From: Octopus vulgaris
Taxonomy: Eukaryota
Assembly (NCBI GenBank): GCA_951406725.2
Contig: OX597836.1
Coordinates: 47,430,001 to 47,494,000, forward strand
Length of the DNA stretch: 64,000 nucleotides
Direction: 5' to 3'
Of this stretch, positions 1 through 11,973 are shown piece after piece (the stretch's first letter is position 1; each line of letters opens with the position of its first letter). The notes below the pieces were generated by a model. It was not told where the DNA came from. It worked only from the letters and a program-made list of their open reading frames with translations, and searched no databases. A program made the translations under genes and the position numbers.

Positions 1-250
1 CTTGAGAGTGGATTTGATAGAAAGAAACTGTATATGAGCTTGTCATATGTGTGGAAGTTTATCTTTCTGCATTTTACACAGAAATCATTGAGTTAAAAAC
101 AGTGACATCTGTTGACATTCCCTGTCAATAAATCATCCAACAGCTCTGTGCTTTTCAAGGTGAATGCTTTATAAATTCCTGTATTTTAAAAACACAGGTC
201 ATGTTTAGGAACAGGAAGGGCATCTGACTCTAAGACAATGCTCCAATAAT

Positions 251-1034
251 ACCTATTTCTTTACTACCCACAAGGGGCTAAACACAGAGGGAACAAACAA
301 GGACAGACATAGGTATTAAGTCGATTACATCGACCCCCAGTGCATAACTGGTACTTAATTTATCGACCCCGAAAGGATGAAAGGTAAAGTCGACCTCAAT
401 GGAATTTGAACTCAGAATGTAACGGCAGACGAAATACCTATTTCTTTACTACCCACAAGGGGCTAAACACAGAGGGGACAAACAAGGACAGACATAGGTA
501 TTAAGTCGATTACATCGACCCCCAGTGCGTAACTGGTACTTAATTTATCGACCCCGAAAGGATGAAAGGTAAAGTCGACCTCGACGGAATTTGAACTCAG
601 AATGTAACGGCAGACGAAATACCTATTTCTTTACTACCCACAAGGGGCTAAACACAGAGGGGACAAACAAGGACAGACATAGGTATTAAGTCGATTACAT
701 CGACCCCCAGTGCGTAACTGGTACTTAATTTATCGACCCCGAAAGGATGAAAGGTAAAGTCGACCTCGACGGAATTTGAACTCAGAATGTAACGGCAGAC
801 GAAATACCTATTTCTTTATTACCCACAAGGGGCTAAACACAGAGGGGACAAACAAGGACAGACATAGTTATTAAGTCGATTACATCGACCCCAGTGTGTA
901 ACTGGTACTTAATTTATCGACCCCGAAAGGATGAAAGGCAAAGTCGACCTCGGCAGAATTTGAACTCAGAACGTAACGGCAGACGAAATACCTCTAAGCA
1001 TTTCGCCCGACGTGCTAACATTCCTGCCAGCTCC
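251..1034 (-). mobile_element. tRNA-derived SINE (family B here) with its body tandemly repeated 4x (185-bp period)
   Basis: Units start at 251, 436, 621 and 806 (acctatttct...cagacgaaat); single 5' head at ~990-1034; same family as dispersed copies at 17498, 38719 and 55017. Confidence 0.85.
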
Positions 1035-1438
1035 AGTAATACCTTCATCTGACCTATATTAACACAGAAAAACAAATACACACACACACAACACCAACAG
1101 CAATTAAGACATATATATTAAACAGCCACTGGTTCCTATGGTAAAAACTATATATGCTGATGGGGTAGAATGTAACTTCACCACCAATAATGGAGTCAGC
1201 ATTACTGATGAGCATTAAATTTCATGCGAAATTGGCATGCCAATCTAATGCCTCTCAATTGCAGGGAGGAGGTTGTCTCCCCTATCAGTAAATAGAAAAT
1301 GTGCTTTCTGTGGCTATGTGGCTAAGGAGTCCTTTGACTCTTATTTCTAGCAATGCTGGTACTCACTGCACCCTTTGTCACACTTTGGTGATGGTGAATT
1401 ATTTCTGTTATGGTTTTGAATTGCATCTAGCCACCTTA

Positions 1439-1489
<51 letters not shown>

Positions 1490-1560
1490 ATAAGGGTAGG
1501 AATTGATATTAATCAATTAAAACCAGTGGCCTAGCATATTTTTTAAAAAGTCCGAAGATT

Positions 1561-2088
1561 AAAATTTAGAGGTCTGACCACTAAAAGTAGACAGCCTATA
1601 TGCTAGATATAGATGTCAAAATCGTCATTTTCCACAAAGAATATGTTCTCAAGAAAAAATGTTCTCTAACCGGTAAATTGACTGCTGTAGTTTATTAACT
1701 GCAGAGTAATTTCCGATCTCAGCGAGCCAAAGTGAAGGGATTTGAAAGATACACATGAATATAATTTGTAGAACTTTATACATACTGGATTTCGGTTGGG
1801 TGTTCTGTATCTAGTTCTGGAAATTATGTTTTGTAAACAACAGACTATGCTGAGGATCTTGGAGATTTTTGCGTATCCATATACGTAAATATTAACAAGT
1901 GAAACTAATTAGTACATAGGTAATTGTTTTTCTTTTTCGTATATTTTCATTTGTCTTTCTTATTTTTACACTTTGGTTTTTTGCTGAAATTTTTTCTTGA
2001 GAACATATTCTCCATGGAAAATGGCGATTTTGACGTCTATATCTAGCATAAGGGCTGTCTACTTTAAGTGGTCAGTCCTCTAAATTTT
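1561..2088. repeat. ~100-bp inverted repeat pair between (TA)n tracts, probable Penelope-like terminal remnant
   Basis: 1561-1660 (aaaatttagaggtctgaccactaaaagtagacagcc...) is the reverse complement, with mismatches, of 1987-2088. Confidence 0.7.
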
Positions 2089-2091
2089 GTT

Positions 2092-2129
<38 letters not shown>

Positions 2130-2685
2130 CAGAGAGAGAGAGAAATACTGATGATTTGTCTCTGCCGACTCATGATATTGTTGGAACTTATTCCTTTACT
2201 ATAAATGTTGAAGACATCTCTGACAAATCAACAGACTCTGTTGAATGCATTTCTAATCTCTGTGTTATCCCATAAGTGAAAATTTGTTCCTCTTAGATCT
2301 AAAAATTTTTTTACAAAGCTAGTAAGGCAGGCTGTCTGCAGTTGTTCAGCTATAAACAGCAGCCAAATTATCCTCAATTAACAACCTATTGTCATACATA
2401 AATTAAAAAGCAAACGCAAAAACAGAGATATGCTTTTCATCTTTGCAGGAGAGGGAGTTCAATAAAAACGTCTATATTCTTCCCACTAAAGTAGAGGCTT
2501 TGAGCTTATATTAGAAAACACTATCATCAAAGATTATGGTGGATCAGCAGCTTTGATAGATGTTTCCGTGTTTGCTGTAGCTTTTTAGCTTCAAGCTCAA
2601 TTCCCATGACAACTTGCCTTTCATCTTTTGGGGATTGATGATAAAACACAAGTCAAATACTAAGGTCAATTTAATCAACTCGAAC

Positions 2686-3000
2686 ATCATCATCATCGTT
2701 TAACGTCCATTTTCCATGCTAGCATGGGTTGGACAGTTCGACCGGGGTCTGGGAAGCCAGGAGGCTGTGCCAAGCTCCAGTCTGATCTGGCAGTATTTCT
2801 ACAGTTGGATGCCCTTCCTAATGCCAACCACTCCATGAGTGTAGTGGGTGCTTTTTACGTGCCACCGGCACAAGGGCCAGAGGAGGCTGGCAAACGACCA
2901 CGATCAGTTGGTACTTTTTACGTGTCGCCGACACAGACACCAGTCAGGCGACGCTGGTATCAGCCACGTTCAGATGGTGCTTTTTACGTGCCACCGGCGC
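2686..3000 (-). mobile_element. SINE-like element (family C) with (GAT)n tail and RTE-like 3' end
   Basis: catcatcatcgtttaacgtcc...ccatgctagcatgggttgga...gatgcccttcctaa motif recurs near 14800, 24410, 29330, 32480, 45870 and 55950. Confidence 0.75.
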
Positions 3001-3231
3001 GGGAATCATAACTACAATTTCCATTTGATTTTTATTTTGATGTTGACATACTTGACTCAGTAGGTCTCCTCATGCACAGCAGGTCACTCTACGGTAAAAG
3101 GTTCCCCCTCACAAATGTCTGGCCTTGTGCCAGTGTAAGATATCATTAGCACCATGATGAAATTCAGGGCTAATTTCAAGTTATATTATCTCATATTGTA
3201 ATTAGAACATTTTGCAACATTTATCTTAACT

Positions 3232-3620
3232 TTTACTTGTTTCAGTCATTAGACTGTGGCAATGTCGGAGAACTGCCTTGAAGAATTTTTTAGTTGAATG
3301 GATCAACCCCAGGACTAAAATTTCTTTAAGCCTGGTAATCTATTTTATCAATCTCTTTTTTGCTGAACTACTAAGTTATAGGAACATAACTAAACCAACA
3401 CCAGTTGTCAAGTTGTGGTGCAGAACACAGACACAAACACACATATATATATATACACACAACAGGCATCTTTCAGTTTCTGCCTACGAAATCCACTCAC
3501 AAGGCTTTGGTCAACCTGAGGCTATGAGGTTATAGTAGAAGACATTTGCCCAAGGTGCCATACAGTGGGACTGAACCCATAACCATGAGGTTAAGAAGTA
3601 CACACAGCTATACCTATGCC
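3232..3620 (-). mobile_element. Degenerate tRNA-derived SINE (family A)
   Basis: Diverged match to the copies at 4395-4797 and 5271-5680. Confidence 0.7.
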
Positions 3621-4073
3621 TGTAGAATAAGAATTTGATATCATTTTCCAGCTGATATATTCTTACATTCCTTTATTTTTGGGTTTATTTTTTTCTTCTC
3701 CTAATTTCAGTTATTGGACTGTAGCCATGCTGGGACACTGTCCCCTAAGGTATAGTTCATTAGATTGGCCCCTGTACTGATTTTTCATCATCTTTGGAAG
3801 AATGAAAAGCAGAATACAAGGGTAAGAACTGGACTCAGAAAATACAGGGATGTAACTAGATACCACAAGGTATTTTGTCTGATGTCCAACTGACTTCCAT
3901 CATCTATCCATCTTCAAGATAAATACCTATTTTAATCTGAAAGCAAACTTTATTGAAAACAGTTTTATCTGAGAAGTATCAAATGCGGCTGTAGTGACAG
4001 AGACAGACAAAGAGGGGGAGAAAAGAGACATCCACACGAATACCTTCGTCTCATGAGTGGTGATCACGTTTAC

Positions 4074-4205
4074 CTGTTTTATATTTGTCATCTCATTTTG
4101 GTGCAGTTCTGTGAGATCATTTAACTGTTCTTCTAGCCGTTCACTTCGATACCGTTCTTCTTCTAGCAGACTGCGTAGATCACTTAGATCTTGATGTAAA
4201 TTGTT
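4074..4205 (-). CDS. TMCC: TMCC-family internal exon, coiled coil ([44 protein letters not shown])
   Basis: Matches the TMCC motif [23 protein letters not shown]; acceptor ttttatttcag|AAC, donor CAG|gtaaac; 132 bp, phase 0/0. Confidence 0.93.
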
Positions 4206-4394
4206 CTGAAATAAAATCAAGAGAAAACAAAGTGGTTATTTAGATGTTGTTCCTTGAAAGATAGCAAAATAATACACGTGGTAAAGTAATTTGTTGCTGG
4301 GGGATACTAAGAAATTTTGTTAAATTAGCCTTTTGACTAATTGCAAACATCAGCCAGTGGCTTTTGAAAGAAAGAAGAGGAAAACTTCAATAAC

Positions 4395-4797
4395 ACTCTT
4401 TACTCTTTTTTCTTTTACTCTTTTACTTGTTTCAGTCATTTGACTGCGGCCATGCTGGAGCACCGCCTTTAGTCGAGCAAATCAACCCCAGGACTTATTC
4501 TTTGTAAGCCTAGTACTTATTCTATCGGTCTCTTTTGCCGAACTGCTAAGTTACGGGGACGTAAACACACCAGCATCGGTTGTCAAGCGATGTTAGGGGG
4601 ACAAACACAGACACACAAACATACACACACATATATATGTGCATATATACAACAGGTTTCTTTCAGTTTCCGTCTACCAAATCCACTCACAAGGCTTTGG
4701 TCAGCCCGAAGCTATAGTAGAAGACACAGTGGGACTGAACCCAGAACCATGTGGTTGGTAAGCAGGCTACTTACCACACAGCTACTCCTGTGCCTAT
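4395..4797 (-). mobile_element. tRNA-derived SINE (family A)
   Basis: A/B-box-like head, internal TA/CA microsatellite, (agagtaaa)n tail; small internal deletion relative to other copies. Confidence 0.85.
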
Positions 4798-5270
4798 GTA
4801 ACAAAAGCATTTTTTCTTTTATTGTCACTGTTATTTCCTATTTGCTTCTATCCAGAAATCAAAGAAAATGACTTCTATTCCCTTCAAACTTTGCTTTTGT
4901 CACCTGGGCATCAATATTTTGAAACTGACCTATTTTCCATTACACTTCCGACAGATTCAGCACTGAGTTGCTGAAGCGGAAATATCATTATAGCAAATAT
5001 TCTGTCCAATATCACAGATTTGCTTGTCACTTGCTTGACCTTAACCACTTGGGCATGTCCCTTAGTGGCTGTCAATACACACATCTCTCACCATGAGCAG
5101 GGGTAGTGGGGGGATCAATCCTAGCTATGTGTTGAGAGGAATTCTTTGTGGTTTGAATAAATGTAACAAAAGCCAAGTTTGAAGGAAATATTAACCATTT
5201 TTCATTCTTTTTAAAGGGTAAACAAATAGGAAATTACAGTTGCTACCCAAGGGCAAAAAATTTGTTACAC

Positions 5271-5680
5271 AGGCGCAGGAATGGCTGTGTGGTAAGTAGC
5301 TTGCTTACGAACCACATGGTTCCGGGTTCAGTCCCACTGCGTGGAACCTTGGGTAAGTGTCTTCTACTATAGCCTCGAGCTGACCAAAGCCTTGTGAGTG
5401 GATTTGGTAGACGGAAATTGAAAGAAGCCCGTCGTATATATGTATATATATATATATGCGTGAGTGTGTTTGTGTGTCTGTGTTTGTCCCTCCAACATCG
5501 CTTGACAACCGATGCTGGTGTGTTTACGTCCCCGTAACTTAGCAGTTCGGCAAAAGTGACCGATAGAATAAGTACTAGGCTTACAAAGAATAAGTCCTGG
5601 GGTCGATTTGATCGACTAAAGGCGGTGCTCCAGCATGGCCGCAGTCAAATGACTGAAACAAGTAAAAGAGTAAAAAAGTG
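5271..5680 (+). mobile_element. tRNA-derived SINE (family A), full length
   Basis: Head tggctgtgtggtaag...gggttcagtccc (A/B boxes); tail gaaacaagtaaaagagtaaaa. Confidence 0.88.
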
Positions 5681-5954
5681 TAATCAATTATGTTAAAGAG
5701 AATCAACTTCCATTGGTGCTTTTTGTTTTTCTATTTTGATTCAAAGTATGTGATGACTGAGGAGGAGGTATTGTTCAGAGACACTTCGAGTAAGCTTAAT
5801 GAATCTACATGTGAGTGACACCAGTACTTTTGTAGTCTTTCAGTATGATAAAGAGGGATTTTTCAGTGCGGCATTTGTCTTGGATACAATGCTTTGTGGA
5901 TATCTGTTGTGCTTCTGAATTGGTTTCATTGTATGATTTGCTACTGCTGGTAGT

Positions 5955-8213
5955 ATTCGTCTATACTTCTTACCTTGTAAGGGTCAAATTCGTCTATATT
6001 TCTTACCTTGTAAGGGTCAAATTCGTCTATACTTCTTACCTTGTAAGGGTCAAATTCGTCTATACTTCTTACCTTGTAAGGGTCAAATTCGTCAATACTT
6101 CTTACCTTGTAAGGGTCAAATTCGTCAATACTTCTTACCTTGTAAGGGTCAAATTCGTCAATACTTCTTACCTTGTAAGGGTCAAATTCGTCTATACTTC
6201 TTACCTTGTAAGGGTCAAATTCGTCTATACTTCTTACCTTGTAAGGGTCAAATTCGTCTATACTTCTTACCTTGTAAGGGTCAAATTCGTCTATACTTCT
6301 TACCTTGTAAGGGTCAAATTCGTCTATACTTCTTACCTTGTAAGGGTCAAATTCGTCTATACTTCTTACCTTGTAAGGGTCAAATTCGTCAATACTTCTT
6401 ACCTTGTAAGGGTCAAATTCGTCAATACTTCTTACCTTGTAAGGGTCAAATTCGTCAATACTTCTTACCTTGTAAGGGTCAAATTCGTCTATACTTCTTA
6501 CCTTGTAACGGTCAAATTCGTCTATACTTCTTACCTTGTAAGGGTCAAATTCGTCTATACTTCTTACCTTGTAAGGGTCAAATTCGTCAATACTTCTTAC
6601 CTTGTAAGGGTCAAATTCGTCAATACTTCTTACCTTGTAAGGGTCAAATTCGTCTATACTTCTTACCTTGTAAGGGTCAAATTCGTCTATACTTCTTACC
6701 TTGTAAGGGTCAAATTCGTCAATACTTCTTACCTTGTAAGGGTCAAATTCGTCTATACTTCTTACCTTGTAAGGGTCAAATTCGTCTATACTTCTTACCT
6801 TGTAAGGGTCAAATTCGTCAATACTTCTTACCTTGTAAGGGTCAAATTCGTCAATACTTCTTACCTTGTAAGGGTCAAATTCGTCAATACTTCTTACCTT
6901 GTAAGGGTCAAATTCGTCAATACTTCTTACCTTGTAAGGGTCAAATTCGTCAATACTTCTTACCTTGTAAGGGTCAAATTCGTCAATACTTCTTACCTTG
7001 TAAGGGTCAAATTCGTCAATACTTCTTACCTTGTAAGGGTCAAATTCGTCTATATTTCTTACCTTGTAAGGGTCAAATTCGTCAATACTTCTTACCTTGT
7101 AAGGGTCAAATTCGTCAATACTTCTTACCTTGTAAGGGTCAAATTCGTCTATATTTCTTACCTTGTAAGGGTCAAATTCGTCTATACTTCTTACCTTACC
7201 TTGTAAGGGTCAAATTCGTCTATACTTCTTACCTTGTAAGGGTCAAATTCGTCTATACTTCTTACCTTGTAAGGGTCAAATTCGTCTATACTTCTTACCT
7301 TGTAAGGGTCAAATTCGTCTATACTTCTTACCTTGTAAGGGTCAAATTCGTCTATACTTCTTACCTTGTAAGGGTCAAATTCGTCAATACTTCTTACCTT
7401 GTAAGGGTCAAATTCGTCAATACTTCTTACCTTGTAAGGGTCAAATTCGTCTATACTTCTTACCTTGTAAGGGTCAAATTCGTCAATACTTCTTACCTTG
7501 TAAGGGTCAAATTCGTCAATACTTCTTACCTTGTAAGGGTCAAATTCGTCTATATTTCTTACCTTGTAAGGGTCAAATTCGTCAATACTTCTTACCTTGT
7601 AAGGGTCAAATTCGTCAATACTTCTTACCTTGTAAGGGTCAAATTCGTCAATACTTCTTACCTTGTAAGGGTCAAATTCGTCTATATTTCTTACCTTGTA
7701 AGGGTCAAATTCGTCAATACTTCTTACCTTGTAAGGGTCAAATTCGTCTATACTTCTTACCTTGTAAGGGTCAAATTCGTCTATATTTCTTACCTTGTAA
7801 GGGTCAAATTCGTCAATACTTCTTACCTTGTAAGGGTCAAATTCGTCAATACTTCTTACCTTGTAAGGGTCAAATTCGTCAATACTTCTTACCTTGTAAG
7901 GGTCAAATTCGTCTATATTTCTTACCTTGTAAGGGTCAAATTCGTCTATACTTCTTACCTTGTAAGGGTCAAATTCGTCAATACTTCTTACCTTGTAAGG
8001 GTCAAATTCGTCAATACTTCTTACCTTGTAAGGGTCAAATTCGTCTATATTTCTTACCTTGTAAGGGTCAAATTCGTCAATACTTCTTACCTTGTAACAG
8101 TCAAATTCGTCAATACTTCTTACCTTGTAAGGGTCAAATTCGTCAATACTTCTTACCTTGTAAGGGTCAAATTCGTCAATACTTCTTACCTTGTAAGGGT
8201 CAAATTCGTCTAT
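5955..8213 (-). repeat. 33-bp minisatellite (~68 units) spanning a TMCC exon/intron boundary
   Basis: Minus-strand unit ATAGACGAATTTGACCCTTACAAG|GTAAGAAGT; 33-bp period except a 5-bp duplication at 7191-7200. Confidence 0.97.
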
Positions 8214-8466
8214 AATTCGCTGTACTTTCTCTTGGAGTTTCTCAATAGTTCTGCGATTAGCATCATGTTGCTCAAACAGTTGGTAAGTCTCAATGTTAAA
8301 TGGGGAAGGCTGATTGATTACAGTAGGGATCTGCATTGATGCCGATGGCAAAGAGGTCTGTTGTTGCTGTGCCATGTTCTGTGAAGCTGAATGTGGACTA
8401 CTCTGGGCACCAAATCCTGAACCAGACGTTATGCTAGAGTTATCATCTTCAGAACCATATTTGAAG
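8190..8466 (-). CDS. TMCC: TMCC-family internal exon (FKYGSEDDNSSITSGSG...EKVQRIIDEFDPYK), drawn to the first donor
   Basis: KYGSEDDxSSxTSGS is a TMCC motif; acceptor tgtgtttcag|C (phase 2), donor AAG|gtaaga (phase 0), which joins in frame to exon 4074-4205. Confidence 0.9.
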
Positions 8467-8652
8467 CTGAAACACACAGAAATAATAATGAAAAAGTGTC
8501 ACAATAGAAGAGAGAGAATCACTTAAGGCTTCCACATGCAGAGACTAAATAAACTTTTTCAATATGTATATTTTGTGATTGTGTATGTGAGACAGTATGA
8601 TGTACAGGTAGGTGTGAAAACCTGACCAATATGGAGAAAGCTTTATAAAATT

Positions 8653-9009
8653 ACAAGCACTATGACCCGGCAGCTAGTGCATGCATATACAGCTGCGTGC
8701 GTGCGCACATACACACGAGTACTGTCCAAATCTCCGACCAATCACATACAGCTAGCTGGCATTCAATTGGCGTATCAAGTTTCGGGCATTTTGACTGGGT
8801 TTTGGATAGAAAATTCACAAATAAGTTACTTCTATTGATTTTTTAATGGCTTTGCAGGGTGACTGGGGAAATGTAAAGATGTGCACGACCACCCTTGGAC
8901 GGTTTTGAATGACCATAGAAAGTGCGAGCCCTCTAGCTGAAAAATTGTGGATTTGTATAAAGGACACACACACACACACAGACAGACATTTTGCCGTTTA
9001 TATATAGAG
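8653..9009 (-). mobile_element. Non-autonomous Helitron-like element
   Basis: Minus-strand 5' tctatatataaa...(tg)n start like the 11974 and 39091 elements; 3' end degenerate. Confidence 0.5.
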
Positions 9010-9579
9010 GGATGCCAAACTCATGAACAGTTATAACTGCAACAACCAACTGCAGATAATGCAAGAGAGAGAGAGAGAGAGAGAGTGTGTGTGTGTGTGT
9101 CTCTCCCGTCCAATATTATGTGTTTCAGCTCAATGCTCTTGAAGGCGGCAAGCTGGCAGAATCATGAGTATGCCAGGCACAATGCTTAGCGGCATTTCAT
9201 CTGTCTTTACATTTAAATTCTGTCAAGGTCGACCTCACGTTTCGTCCTTTCAGATTCAATTAAATAAGTACCAGTCAAACAACTGGGGTCAAAACCCCTT
9301 CACTGAAATCGCTGACCTTGTACCAAAATTTGAGACGAATATCTGAATGCTCTTGAGACCATATTTCTAATGAAGTGTCTACAATTTTCAATCAACTATG
9401 GAAACAATCAAGAATTTGGAGTGACCAGGTAAAATAACTTTGTGTTTGGAATAAAACAAAAGATTCCTAGATAAAAATTATGATGCAAGGTTCTCATTTA
9501 GATACGAACACATTAAAATTCCTAAGTTCACACCATAGAACAAGTGGCACTCTCATGTGTATTGGTACTGAAAGGGTTA

Positions 9580-9790
9580 TTAACCCTTTAGCATTCACAT
9601 TATTCTCTCAAAAGTAATGTTTATGAATTAATCATGCATTACCTTGTGACTTTGACATTTTGATGAGGTTACTTAATTTTTTAGAATGATATTGTAGGGT
9701 AGGTGCGAGAAGCCAGATATTGCCATTTTGAATATAAAACAAGCAGAATATTTTGGCTGGATATAGTTAATTTAAATGCTAGAAGGTTAA
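9580..9790. mobile_element. TTAA-flanked MITE (family D, piggyBac-like termini)
   Basis: ttaaccctttagcatt...aatgctagaaggttaa; other copies near 13870, 32367, 40820, 51405 and 62652. Confidence 0.75.
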
Positions 9791-10989
9791 ACTCCCGTTC
9801 CAGACAGAGGTTCAGTTCTTTCCTCATACATATACCTTAGGAGAAGGTAATTCACTTCATTCTAAATTCTCACAGGTAGATAAAATTTGATCATAGATGA
9901 GCCAATGAAAGAGCCTTAACATGATGGGTAGATTTAGTAGAAATAGCAGCTAAATCTTATATTTTTTCGTAGAAATATTGCTGAACTTACTCTTTTTCCA
10001 TTCCGTTATTTAAAACTTGAGACCGGGCTGTCTCTATGAATCTAAGGAATTTCTCTGATCTATTCATTTTCATTCAATGTTGCTAGAAATTAAACTTTAT
10101 ATACCTTCCCTGATTGAGTCTTTTTGTTTACTCTTTCCCAATTAGGCTAATTCTCTCAATGTTGTGGTTCGTTTTTTTTTTTTCATTTAAACTCTTCTGT
10201 TCAGCATATTTTCATAATCATAATATTTAAAATGAAACGGCCCTTTTACAAGTAACCTAAAATGTGCAAATGTGATACCTCCATTGACTTACAATATTAC
10301 CCAGACATTTCTATACATACAATTCATTACTATTTCTAGCATCTAATCTATTGTTGCCAATGTGATTAATACCATAAAAACAGCGGCTGCAATATTTACA
10401 TTAGAACCTAATTATTCAAATCTGTTAAACATTCATGAAAAATCGAGTTTGTGTCAATATTTACGATGTTTTCTTGGACAATTTGTTTAGTAAAATAACT
10501 CTTTGTTGGACTGCCGACCAAATATCCATAATATTTGCAGCTTATCTTGGTATACAAGGTGATGGCTAAAACTTAACGCATTAATTTTGCATACAAGGTG
10601 ATGGCTAAAACTTAACACATTAATTTTGCCATTGCTATATTTTCGTTTAATTATTCTGTTTAATACATAACATTAAAGTCATGGCAGTGAATGCATTCCT
10701 GTCAGACAAAAAATAATTATTACATATAAGTCACACATTTTATTCTTTATCAAAAAAAATTAATTACACAATTTGTTCGAATTATGACTTGATTTTTCTG
10801 GGGTTTTTTTATTTAAGAAGTATACCAGACTTGACTATCCAAAAATACAATTTATTACTATTACATTGGCTTTACCAAATAATCATTAGCTATACTATTT
10901 TGAACGATGCAATCCGTTTCTACAGGGTCTTCCTTCTGAGGAAACTCCGCAATCAGTGGAATTTCCTGTTGCTGAACTAAGTGATAGTT

Positions 10990-11505
10990 CAACCCTTTCG
11001 TGCATCGAAGAGAGTAATGAGGCATGTGAGCGTTGCCCTTTCTCCCAATCCACCAGGTGATCACGAAGAAGCGAGACTCCTGCTGCCAGAGAATCACGTC
11101 TTTCTGCCCAGCGTGAAAGAGATCGATTCACCCGTATAACGGAGAATGAGGAGGCTAGGGAGATTCGTTTGCAGGACCAGCAACGTTGAAGACAACAACG
11201 ACATCGTCCAGAACAAAATTTTGGCGTGATGGTGGGTTTCAACTATGATCCTACTTATGACTACGTGAGTCGAGCCGACGTTTCTATTGGACAGATGGAT
11301 CAAGTTTGCAAATACTGCAGGACGAAAAAGTGGAGAGAGGAGACTCCGGGTTCTGCTGTTCCAGGGACAAAGTTCATCTTGAGGCACTGGCTGCTCCTCC
11401 CAAAATACTCTGAGACCTTCTCAGCAGTGACTCTGACCACGGAAAGCTGTTTCGAAAGAGTTTATGAAGATAAAACTCATGTTTTTCGATGACATCTTTC
11501 GGTGT
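10990..11505 (+). pseudogene. Decayed Helitron Rep/helicase N-terminal fragment
   Basis: GFNYDP...IGQMDQVCKYCRTKKWREETPG, then across frameshifts CCSRDKVHL...NSCFSMTSFG, resembling the Cys-rich region of Helitron RepHel; contains stops and frameshifts. Confidence 0.75.
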
Positions 11506-11973
11506 GAGTGACGGCCGAATAACAAGAACAAACACTGACAATGAGTGTGTGTGTAAGTGTGTGTGTGTGTGTGTGTTTGTGTGTGCGTGCATACGAGCGC
11601 AAAAGTTGGCTGTTAATTCAATCGAACATAAAGATATCAAAAAAGTAGTTAAAAAAGCAATTAATAATCTATATATATAAAAGAGGAAAAAAAACTTGCA
11701 CACTTTGGCTTTGGTAAGGATTCAATGGCACTAGACGCACTAGGATCAAGCTGAAATTTACACACCTATAGAAGGCGTGGTGTAGTTATGGCCAGAGTAG
11801 GTTTCAAGTCTCTAGCTCAATAACAAAAGCCCAAAACAATGCATTTTCTGCGAGTGAGTGGATGTCATACACTATTGCCCTGAGTTGTGTTCGCGCAACA
11901 TGTTGGATTCCACGTGTGACTGTGTGCGTGTTTGCGCGAATGCAATGGAAGAATGGGGTGAAAACACGTTCAA

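Noticed and set aside
1-4073. Downstream TMCC exons (remaining coiled coil and transmembrane helices)
   Set aside because: No matching sequence found by eye; presumed to lie beyond the window's left edge.
5271-5345. tRNA genes
   Set aside because: A/B boxes belong to SINE heads; no complete cloverleaf, and each continues into a SINE body.
4590-5508. Recurring short ORFs (e.g. YDGLLSVSVYQIHSQGFG, FSFRLPNPLTR) seen throughout the window
   Set aside because: All are translations of family A SINE copies, not a protein family.
5845-7206. 453-aa plus-strand ORF of YTSYLVRVKFV repeats
   Set aside because: Antisense reading of the 33-bp minisatellite; stop-free only because the unit is, with no independent coding evidence.
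5955-8213. CRISPR-like array
   Set aside because: Units are contiguous with no unique spacers, there are no cas genes, and the context is a eukaryotic intron.
7191-8477. 428-aa ORF as a standalone gene
   Set aside because: Its start lies in the acceptor region of an internal TMCC exon; it is exon plus read-through into the array.
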